Shown here: one piece after another, positions 25,756 through 32,000 of the stretch
Numbering within the stretch: the stretch's first letter is position 1
Layout of the letters: each line of letters opens with the position of its first letter
Assembly: GCA_022646745.1 (NCBI GenBank)
Contig: CP060262.1
Location: 3,840,001 to 3,872,000, forward strand
Reading direction: 5' to 3'
DNA length: 32,000 nucleotides
DNA from: Planctomycetales bacterium
GTDB taxonomy: Bacteria; 4484-113; JAFGCY01
Made by a program: the position numbers and the translations under genes
The notes under the pieces: generated by a model
Told to the model about the DNA's origin: nothing
Seen by the model: the letters and a program-made list of their open reading frames with translations, nothing else
Databases searched by the model: none

Positions 25756-26211
25756 TTAGCTTGGAATTCCCCACCACTTCCGACCGTTCTTCTTACTTCC
25801 AGCAATTGCAACTGCGGCTGCAGAGGGAGATGTGTACCGCTTGCCGTTGACATCTACTCCCTGATCCAGGATTGTCAATGTATAATCCTGACCTCTATAG
25901 ACTCTTCGATAGGTGGTCCCAGCTGGTGGCAGCCACCGCTTCCGCTGTACCACTTTTCCCTTTTGAAGAAACGTAACGCCTCCCAGGGGATTGATCTGTC
26001 GCTCCTCTAATGCGCGATTCAGTTGCCCCCTTGCAACTTCCGAAATTCCTCCGTGATGCATTTCCTGTATTCTGTAGCTCAGGCGACGGATCAGGTGGCT
26101 GCGCGAGTATGCAGGGGGCTCTGTTCCAATCAAATCAGACCACCTCTGCTTCAGCTCATCAGTTGAAGATTTCTCTAACTCTGCCAGTGCAACCAACACT
26201 TGATCATTCAT
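25756..26211 (-). CDS. DUF2924-family protein (recombinase-module accessory)
   Basis: LAELEKSSTDELKQRWSDLIGTEPPAYSRSHLIRRLSYRIQEMHHGGIS matches my recollection of the DUF2924 N-terminal signature (L..L....L...W..lfg.ePp.....fL..rlayriQe...GgLs). I take ATG 26211, 5 nt after GGAGG, as the start. Confidence 0.7.
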   Translation of the reverse strand: MNDQVLVALAELEKSSTDELKQRWSDLIGTEPPAYSRSHLIRRLSYRIQEMHHGGISEVARGQLNRALEERQINPLGGVTFLQKGKVVQRKRWLPPAGTTYRRVYRGQDYTLTILDQGVDVNGKRYTSPSAAAVAIAGSKKNGRKWWGIPS

Positions 26212-26509
26212 GACTGCCTCCGTAATCATTGCCGTGCAATGAACGCTCGAGGTGCCCCTTTGAGTCAAGTCTTTTAGCCAAGGATTCTGCTGAAGCTGCG
26301 TCACTCGATGCAAACTGCTTCACTCTTCCACATCTCTGGCGAACCAGAGCACGTGCCAGGAGCTGTCCAATCTCGATGACCCGATCAGCAGAAGTCATTG
26401 CTCCAGGTGGAACCTGGCTCACTTTGCTTGCATCGATGTCATTCTTGGATTCTGCCGTTGCCGTAGTTTCCTTTCGCATGTGAGAGTAAACCGGCAACTG
26501 CGGGAACAT
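26204..26509 (-). CDS. Hypothetical small protein, first gene of the recombinase operon
   Basis: 101-aa ORF whose stop overlaps the DUF2924 start by 8 nt. The start is uncertain (ATG 26509 or 26479). Confidence 0.4.
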   Translation of the reverse strand: MFPQLPVYSHMRKETTATAESKNDIDASKVSQVPPGAMTSADRVIEIGQLLARALVRQRCGRVKQFASSDAASAESLAKRLDSKGHLERSLHGNDYGGSHE

Positions 26510-26667
26510 GAGATAAAGTTACACTCGATATTCAACTTGCACAGTTCCCATCTGAGCTTGGTGGCAAATAGAAGAGTCTAGTCGATCATGTATGGCGCAG
26601 GTGCTGCTGATATGAAGGCCGTGAATCTTGCGCACACTTCTCACTAGGTTTGAAAATGCAGTACCAA

Positions 26668-26687
26668 TTGCACGAGAGCTCGTGCAA
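26668..26687. promoter_or_regulatory. Perfect 9+9 palindrome between the 26729 gene and the recombinase operon (operator or hairpin)
   Basis: ttgcacgag-ag-ctcgtgcaa lies 42 nt downstream of the 26729 stop and about 160 nt upstream of the 26509 ORF. Confidence 0.25.
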
Positions 26688-26728
26688 CCAGCTTCCTGTT
26701 TTTTGGGTAGTAGTGTCGGCGGCTACTG

Positions 26729-27451
26729 CTAAACGGCCTGGTTCTGCTTCTCGGTGCGTGAATTCAATCCAGACCGAGTTCCCTTGACAAGTTCCACGTG
26801 ATTGTCAATCAATAACTCAGGGGTATGATACTCGCGCTGCCACCGAAGCACCCAAGCTATCAACGTCTTCTTGGTAGGCATCTTTTCACCTTCAGCAATT
26901 ACGTCCTCCGCTCTGAGTTTCTTCTCTTGGTTGCGAATCAACTTATAAAATTCATACCCGGTCACGCTGCAATCTGGTGATAGCTCGAGGTACTTGATCT
27001 GAAGTCTCCGCATACATGGAGATTTTGCATTCTTGATGATGGGGAGTTTATTCATGTTCCATAGTTCTCGCTGAATAAGGTCATTCGCATTATCTTGTTT
27101 TATCAACGCCAGGAAATGAAGGTAGTCACGCAGACAGCAGATCAGCATCATTCCACGTCCGCTGCTGATTTCCATTTTCAGTTTGTAGGAGTTTGCCACC
27201 CCGCGGTTCACTCTAATGTAAAGGTACTTGATGCACCTGAAACCTCTTGTCCTGGCATCCTCCAGAACCGCCTCAGCCATCTCAGCCGTGAACTGCTTTA
27301 GCAACACGCCCATTCCTGGACCAACAATCCTTCCTAGCTTGGCCAGTGCATTACTGTCGATAACAAGACCATGAACTCTTAGCAGCGGTTCGGCGGCCAA
27401 GCTCGCCCGGAACTTAGCAAGTTGTCGCTTCTGAAATGGAGGTCGTCGCAT
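26729..27451 (-). CDS. Hypothetical protein
   Basis: 240-aa ATG-initiated, AT-rich ORF between ssrA and the recombinase module. I recognise no motif. Confidence 0.5.
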   Translation of the reverse strand: MRRPPFQKRQLAKFRASLAAEPLLRVHGLVIDSNALAKLGRIVGPGMGVLLKQFTAEMAEAVLEDARTRGFRCIKYLYIRVNRGVANSYKLKMEISSGRGMMLICCLRDYLHFLALIKQDNANDLIQRELWNMNKLPIIKNAKSPCMRRLQIKYLELSPDCSVTGYEFYKLIRNQEKKLRAEDVIAEGEKMPTKKTLIAWVLRWQREYHTPELLIDNHVELVKGTRSGLNSRTEKQNQAV

Positions 27452-27872
27452 GACGAAAGTTTAACGACCCAAGCAATATTGTCAATTGATTTCTTTGTCT
27501 CGAATAACATCCAATAATACAATTGAAGAATTGCGAGTGCATGCATTTCCTCCTATCATAACCTGGCAACGCACAAATAATAAAGGTATGTCTTTCGAAC
27601 TGTAGTTTATAGGCCGACCTCTTGATCGGCATGAACACTGGCCTCAGGGCACTTGACTCAAACAGCGGTCGTCAAGAGCTATTGGAGCACACTGCCTGAT
27701 ATTACCCCGAATTGCACCCATCTGGTTGCCTGGGGATTTGATCGCGTCAAGTGCTTTGCGCGGTTGGCCATCTAGCGCCGGGGCTTGTCCCCGCCAGGAC
27801 GGGACTCATTGCACAGGGTGGAATTACCGGTTGCGCAGATGCCCGAGCACCCGCACTACTCGACAAGTACAT

Positions 27873-28225
27873 TGGTGGAGGTGGGGGGAGTCGAACCCCC
27901 GTCCGATACGATGTCCCTGCCTGCGTCTACATTCATAGTCAGCGGGATTGTCTTAGGGCCAGACCCCGCATCCGTTGACACTCGGAGTAAGGCCAGCAGC
28001 CCTTATCTCATCCGCAGGTCGGGCAGTCTGCGGACCAGCCCGAAAAGTTTACGCTACGCTGACGCCTCGGGACCGGGCGGCAGTTTCACGGGTTGCTGGA
28101 TTAAGCAGCAGCCAGTTCAAAGTTGGTGTTGCCAACTAGTTGTTTTGGCCAGTTTGTAACGCGGTTAGCTCCGCCGCGGAATGCAACAAGCGCTTCGACC
28201 GTACCGTCGAAACCGGATCACCCCC
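27873..28225 (-). ncRNA. ssrA: tmRNA (transfer-messenger RNA)
   Basis: The minus strand starts GGGGGTGATCCGGTTTCGACGG and ends GGACGGGGGTTCGACTCCCCCCACCTCCACCA. The 7-bp acceptor stem GGGGGUG/CACCUCC has a G3:U pair (alanine identity), a T-arm GGGGG-TTCGACT-CCCCC and a 3' ACCA. The internal tag frame ...GGC AAC ACC AAC TTT GAA CTG GCT GCT GCT TAA encodes (A)GNTNFELAAA. The resume codon is uncertain. Length is 353 nt. Confidence 0.9.
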
Positions 28226-28250
28226 ATTGTCAATGTACTCAGCCAGTGAT

Positions 28251-28272
28251 CAGGGACCTGGGACCGGGGACC
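28251..28272. repeat. Left arm of an inverted repeat: three tandem GGGACC hexamers at 7-nt spacing
   Basis: The sequence is caGGGACCtGGGACCgGGGACC. The reverse complement of 28419-28440 matches it at 21 of 22 positions. Confidence 0.7.
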
Positions 28273-28275
28273 AGG

Positions 28276-28304
28276 TTTATATCCTGATGCCCTGCCCTGT
28301 CCAA
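28276..28304 (-). promoter_or_regulatory. Candidate sigma70-like promoter for the ssrA precursor
   Basis: The minus strand reads TTGGAC (28304-28299), a 17-nt spacer, then TATAAA (28281-28276). The -10 lies about 50 nt upstream of the mature 5' end. Confidence 0.35.
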
Positions 28305-28418
28305 CCATGACCACTGGCCAGGATGTAGTACCACTGAAGTGGTGTGGAATCTCTCTCTGTCTGCCATCGCCATTTCCGATCCGGCTCAGGCCTTGCTCCC
28401 TGCGGGTTCCTGATCCCG

Positions 28419-28440
28419 GGTCCCTGGTCCCAGGTCCCTG
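28419..28440. repeat. Right arm of the inverted repeat: three tandem GGTCCC hexamers
   Basis: The sequence is GGTCCCtGGTCCCaGGTCCCtg. It pairs with 28251-28272 and encloses about 146 nt that contain the putative ssrA promoter. Confidence 0.7.
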
Positions 28441-28458
28441 TCACGCCGCAGGCGTGAC
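28440..28458 (-). terminator. Hairpin immediately after the ftsH stop codon (no U-tract)
   Basis: gtcacgcc-gca-ggcgtgac has a perfect 8-bp stem abutting the TAG stop. No T-run follows on the minus strand, so it is not a canonical intrinsic terminator. Confidence 0.3.
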
Positions 28459-30446
28459 TAGCCCGCCGGGGCCGGGCCGGGGCGCCAGGGCTGGTCCGGC
28501 TGCTTGCCATTGCTCTCCGAGCGTGACTTCTCCGCCCTCTCGCGCTCACGCAGGGCCGCCGTGGTGGCACCGCTGCGCTTGATCGGGAATGGCGTGAAGT
28601 CGGCCGGCGGCTCCTCGTCCATCAGGCGTACGAAGTCGTCACGGTCCAGCTGCTCCTCACGGATCAGGATGCTCGCCAGGTAGTCCATCTTGCGACGGTT
28701 CTCCCTGAGCACTTCCAGCGCGCGCGCGTAGCAACCCATCACGAGCTTGCGCACTTCCTCGTCGATGCGGAAGGCCACCTCGTCCGAGTAGTTGCGGTCC
28801 TCGCCGAAGCTCTTGCCAAGGAAGGGGTTCTCGTTGGCACGGCCGAACTGGATCGGGCCCAGCTCCTCGCTCATGCCGTATTTGGTGATCATGTCGCGGA
28901 TCATCTGCGTCGAACGCTCGAGGTCGTTGGAGGCACCGGTGGTGATGTCGCCAAACACGATCTCCTCCGCAGCCCGGCCGCCGAGCGCCATGCTGACGCG
29001 GTCGAGGATCTGCTTCTTGCTGACCAGGAAGCGGTCCTCCGCCGGGAAGTTGAGCGTGTAGCCCAAGGCCTGGCCGCGCGGCAGGATGCTGATCTTGTGC
29101 ACCGGGTCGGTGTTCTCCAGCTCGTGGCTGACAATCGCATGCCCCAGCTCGTGGTAGGCGATCACCTGCTTCTCATGCTCGTTGATGATGCGGCTCTTGC
29201 GCTCCGGGCCGGCCACCACGCGGTCGACGGCCTCGAACAGGTCCTCGCTCGAGATGCGGGTCTCGCCGCGGCGCGCCGCCAGCAGCGCGGCCTCGTTGAC
29301 ACTGTTCTTCAGGTCGGCACCGCTGAAGCCCGGCGTACGCTGGGCCAGCGCTTTTAAGTCGATGTCAGCGGACATCGGCTTGTTCTTGGTGTAGATCTCG
29401 AGGATGCGGATGCGGCCGCCGAGGTCCGGGGCGTCGACAACCACGCGGCGGTCGAAGCGGCCGGGACGCAGGAGCGCCGGGTCCAGCACATCGGGACGGT
29501 TGGTGGCCGCCAGCACGATGATGCCGCTGTTGGCCTCGAAGCCATCCATCTCGACGAGCATCTGGTTCAGGGTCTGCTCACGCTCGTCATGCGTGCCGCC
29601 GATGCCGGTACCGCGATGGCGGCCGACGGCATCCAGCTCGTCAATGAAGATCAGGCATGGGGCGCGGCGCTTGGCCTGGTCGAACAGGTCGCGCACGCGG
29701 CTGGCACCGACGCCGACGAACATCTCGACGAAGTCGGAACCGCTGATGTAGAAGAACGGCACATTGGCTTCGCCGGCCACGGCCTTTGCGAGGTGCGTCT
29801 TGCCGCAGCCCGGAGGGCCGATGAGCAGCACGCCCTTCGGGATCTCCGCCCCGAGCGCCTCGTATTTCTTGGGATCGCGCAGGAAGTCCACGACTTCCCG
29901 CAGCTCCTCTACCGCCTCGTCCACGCCGGCGACATCGGCAAAGGTGATCTTCTTCTTGCCGTCACTCGCCAGGCGCGCCCGGCTCTTGCCGAAGTTGATC
30001 GCCTGGTTGTTGCCACCGGATTGCATCTGGCGGTTCATCAGCCAGAACAGGAACACGATCGGGATCGTGAACACCGCCACCAGGAGCAGCGTGTTCGGAC
30101 TGAGCAATGTGTCCCAGAAGCTGACGGGCACGATGTCGAACTTGACGTTGTTCTCCCGCATCATGCCGATCAGTTCATCCGTGAACTCAGTCTCGATCAC
30201 GGCTGTGAAGGCGTCCTTGTTGTCATGGCTCTTGATCGCCTCGGCGCCCGGCTTGAACTTGCCGATCACACGGCCGGAGTTCTTCTCGATGTTGAGCTCC
30301 ATCACCTCGCCGTTGTTGATCCGGTCCACGAGTTCACTGAACCCGATCGAGACCGTGTTGGCGGACTTGAGGTACTGCAGCATCATCACCACGATGATGA
30401 TCACCCCGAAGGTCAGGAGAATTTGTGAGAAACGATTTGTCTGCAT
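28458..30446 (-). CDS. ftsH: ATP-dependent zinc metalloprotease FtsH
   Basis: Two N-terminal TM helices are present. Walker A is [18 protein letters not shown] and Walker B is [11 protein letters not shown]. The second region of homology is [21 protein letters not shown]. The Zn protease motif is HELGHAIV. I prefer ATG 30446 ([20 protein letters not shown]); the track's 30617 start adds an implausible 57-aa leader. Confidence 0.95.
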   Translation of the reverse strand: MQTNRFSQILLTFGVIIIVVMMLQYLKSANTVSIGFSELVDRINNGEVMELNIEKNSGRVIGKFKPGAEAIKSHDNKDAFTAVIETEFTDELIGMMRENNVKFDIVPVSFWDTLLSPNTLLLVAVFTIPIVFLFWLMNRQMQSGGNNQAINFGKSRARLASDGKKKITFADVAGVDEAVEELREVVDFLRDPKKYEALGAEIPKGVLLIGPPGCGKTHLAKAVAGEANVPFFYISGSDFVEMFVGVGASRVRDLFDQAKRRAPCLIFIDELDAVGRHRGTGIGGTHDEREQTLNQMLVEMDGFEANSGIIVLAATNRPDVLDPALLRPGRFDRRVVVDAPDLGGRIRILEIYTKNKPMSADIDLKALAQRTPGFSGADLKNSVNEAALLAARRGETRISSEDLFEAVDRVVAGPERKSRIINEHEKQVIAYHELGHAIVSHELENTDPVHKISILPRGQALGYTLNFPAEDRFLVSKKQILDRVSMALGGRAAEEIVFGDITTGASNDLERSTQMIRDMITKYGMSEELGPIQFGRANENPFLGKSFGEDRNYSDEVAFRIDEEVRKLVMGCYARALEVLRENRRKMDYLASILIREEQLDRDDFVRLMDEEPPADFTPFPIKRSGATTAALRERERAEKSRSESNGKQPDQPWRPGPAPAG

Positions 30447-30778
30447 AAATATATTTAAATGTGTCAGAGTTTCCGCTAGGGGGAAAATCTTAACACATCC
30501 TGAGATTGTACCCTTGATGCCAGGACGCTGCCGTCCCGGCCGGCTGGCCACCCGCTTCCTTAGACGAAGCAAAGGGCGGATTGGTTTTATCAATCGCGGG
30601 AAACACGCCGATGGCAAACTTCCCGGGAGCTTTTACCTCGTTAAGCGGGGAGCTATTTCAGCTATCCCGCGGCAGGCTCTTTGCAATCAGCCCCCCCCGA
30701 TTCGATATCGGTATATGAACCGCCGGACTTAATCACAGTCCTAATGCGGTACTGAAAGTGACCGAAAAGGAGATTTCC

Positions 30779-31177
30779 ATGATGACCAGCCGAATCAGGA
30801 TCCTGTTCCTCGCGGGCCTGCTGTGCTTTGCCACCAGCTGTGGAGCGGCTCTGGCCGTCCTGCTGGTGCGCGAACTGCTCAACGATGAAGCCCCGAAGCG
30901 GACATGGACCGGCACGGTGCGTGATGCGGAGGGCAATGGCGTGGGCGGCGTACTCGTGCAGGTGCGCGCCAATGTCAGCGGCGATGATGACACCGTCAGC
31001 TACAGCGACGAGACTGATTTCACCGGTGCCTACCAGATCGGCTACCGCTGGAATGAGAAGGTGGACTACTCGATCCGCGTGGTATTCGAGGAGCAGGTGC
31101 TGTTCGAGGAGCAGGTCGGCAAGATTGAGCTCGGCGACCAGCAGAAAGACATGGTGGTGGCGCTGCCCAGCACCTGA
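30779..31177 (+). CDS. Small lipoprotein with a carboxypeptidase-regulatory-like (CarboxypepD_reg) domain
   Basis: AAGGAG lies 6 nt before ATG 30779. The N-terminus MMTSRIRILFLAGLLCFATSCG is signal peptide/lipobox-like. GTVRDAEGNGVGGVLVQV is typical of the first beta-strands of CarboxypepD_reg-like domains. Confidence 0.65.
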   Translation: MMTSRIRILFLAGLLCFATSCGAALAVLLVRELLNDEAPKRTWTGTVRDAEGNGVGGVLVQVRANVSGDDDTVSYSDETDFTGAYQIGYRWNEKVDYSIRVVFEEQVLFEEQVGKIELGDQQKDMVVALPST

Positions 31178-31277
31178 TGGGGCGGCGCTTCACTGCAGCC
31201 GGAACTGAACTAGGCTAGAATCTAGTTCAACGGTGCCGGGCACGGGGCAAATTCGAGGGCCCGGCGCTGGAGGGTAT

Positions 31278-32000
31278 ATGAGAGCAATCAGCCTGATGCT
31301 CGTTTCACTTTTCTGTGCGGCCGCACTGGCCACCAGCTGCGAGACCGTCGTGGCCGGCCTGCTGGTGCGTGAGCTGCTCAATGACGAGGCACCGAAGCGT
31401 AAGTGGAACGGACGTGTGGTGGACACCAAGGGTGAGGCCGTCGGTGGTGTGCTGGTGCAGGTGCGGGCCGAGGTGAATGGCGATAACGACCTGCTGACCT
31501 TCAGCGATGAGACGGACAACTCCGGTGAGTATGAAATCGGCTACCGCTGGCACAAGGATGTGAACTACACGATCCGCGTGGTCTATGAGGGCCAGACCCT
31601 TGCCGAGAGCTTCGAAGGCAAGATCGAGCTGAAGGACCAGGAGACTGACTTCGTACTGCAGGCCACGCTCACAAGCGAGGTCAGCGGCGTGGTGACGGAT
31701 GCCGACGGCAACCCGCTGTCCGGCGTGGTGGTGGTGGCAGCCTCCGCCCAGAGCTTGGGCGGCGTGCCGAGCCCCTTCCTCAATGACCTGAGCACGCCGA
31801 AGTACGTCGTGACCGGCGACTCCGGCATCTTCCAGATCGAGGGTGCAATTGCCAAGTACGGCATGGTCTGCGCCTTCCATCCGGACTACGGTTTCGCATA
31901 CGACTACGATGAGGACCACGACGCCAATGGCAGCATCGCACTGAGCCTGAAGATGGGCAGGAGCGGCAACCATGAGGTGAAGGTGCAGGTGCGCGACGGC
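31278..32000 (+). CDS. Paralogous lipoprotein with two CarboxypepD_reg-like repeats; the 3' end runs off the window
   Basis: ATG 31278 follows GGAGG. Hand translation gives MRAISLMLVSLFCAAALATSCETVVAGLLVRELLNDEAPKRKWNGRVVDTKGEAVGGVLVQV...VSGVVTDADGNPLSGVVVVA..., and I saw no stop in this frame to base 32000. It is absent from the ORF track because it is open-ended. The first about 130 aa are collinear with the 30779 product. Confidence 0.65.
   Translation, partial: MRAISLMLVSLFCAAALATSCETVVAGLLVRELLNDEAPKRKWNGRVVDTKGEAVGGVLVQVRAEVNGDNDLLTFSDETDNSGEYEIGYRWHKDVNYTIRVVYEGQTLAESFEGKIELKDQETDFVLQATLTSEVSGVVTDADGNPLSGVVVVAASAQSLGGVPSPFLNDLSTPKYVVTGDSGIFQIEGAIAKYGMVCAFHPDYGFAYDYDEDHDANGSIALSLKMGRSGNHEVKVQVRDG

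Larger units (their letters stand above)
5506..27872. mobile_element. Putative integrated genomic (defence) island abutting the 3' end of ssrA; the left boundary is not established
   Basis: tmRNA genes are classic island integration sites. A serine-recombinase module lies next to ssrA. Fragments of mobile-element genes are present (Replic_Relax-like fragment, orphan integrase SAM-like domain). Hand GC counts on sampled 60-nt lines give about 35-58% inside the region against about 75% in ftsH. I could not find a direct repeat of the ssrA 3' end at the far side. Confidence 0.5.

Noticed and set aside
27452-27872. Possible intrinsic terminator for ssrA or an att core in the spacer downstream of tmRNA (weak stems such as gtccc...gggac at about 27788-27806 and gccga...tcggc at about 27613-27631)
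   Set aside because: The stems are only 5-6 bp with large loops and no U-tracts. That is not enough to call a feature.
27726-28159. 70-124-aa plus-strand ORFs across 27726-28159, and the ORFs at 28277-28582
   Set aside because: They overlap the tmRNA gene and its GC-rich flanks. The tmRNA assignment explains the region.
30447-30617. 57-aa N-terminal extension of FtsH
   Set aside because: It is a basic, Pro/Arg-rich leader unlike FtsH N-termini. The [11 protein letters not shown] start immediately precedes TM1.
29589-30732. 279-aa and 322-aa plus-strand ORFs opposite ftsH
   Set aside because: FtsH on the minus strand is unambiguous (Walker A/B, SRH, HExxH). The plus-strand products are Arg/Ala/Ser-rich low-complexity translations of the antisense strand.
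31305-31973. 222-aa minus-strand ORF at the right end
   Set aside because: It is antisense to the open-ended plus-strand lipoprotein paralog. That paralog has a Shine-Dalgarno sequence, a signal peptide and clear paralogy to the 30779 gene.
1-32000. CRISPR arrays, tRNA genes, rRNA and IS elements with terminal inverted repeats plus transposase
   Set aside because: I saw no regularly spaced direct repeats, no cloverleaf-type sequence other than the tRNA-like ends of tmRNA, and no transposase-like ORF when reading both strands.

Overview
The window is a high-GC bacterial chromosome segment carrying a roughly 22 kb lower-GC accessory region that abuts the 3' end of ssrA. The host-like right end holds ftsH, ssrA/tmRNA and two tandem CarboxypepD_reg-like lipoprotein paralogs. 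The left end holds two very large dockerin/PKD-type secreted lipoproteins. The accessory region (about 5.5-27.9 kb) has three parts. (1) A minus-strand large-serine-recombinase module: small ORF, DUF2924 protein, degenerate resolvase-domain fragment, full-length large serine recombinase, two accessory ORFs and an orphan tyrosine-integrase SAM-like domain. (2) An XRE regulator divergent from a Zn-ribbon/TM/OB-fold gene and a basic 294-aa ORF, plus a replication-relaxation gene fragment. (3) A tightly packed five-gene plus-strand operon (7972-22083) resembling class-1 DISARM: SNF2 helicase DrmD, YeeA/Eco57I-like N6-adenine methylase DrmMI, and a DrmA helicase fused to DrmB/DUF1998. The operon departs from the usual description in three ways. 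There is no PLD-type DrmC. A Vsr/DUF559-like nuclease fold is fused to the C-terminus of the DrmA-DrmB polypeptide. A two-gene cassette (single-pass membrane protein plus a RelA/SpoT-homologue pyrophosphokinase, toxSAS/CapRel-like) sits between the methylase and the helicase, and its stop overlaps the helicase start (ATGA). This RSH-containing DISARM-like operon is my main candidate for an undescribed system. All calls come from hand reading of motifs and the ORF track. No database search was possible, so family assignments are motif-level recognitions. The ORF track writes M for non-ATG starts (for example TTG at 7972, GTG at 5505 and 6160).
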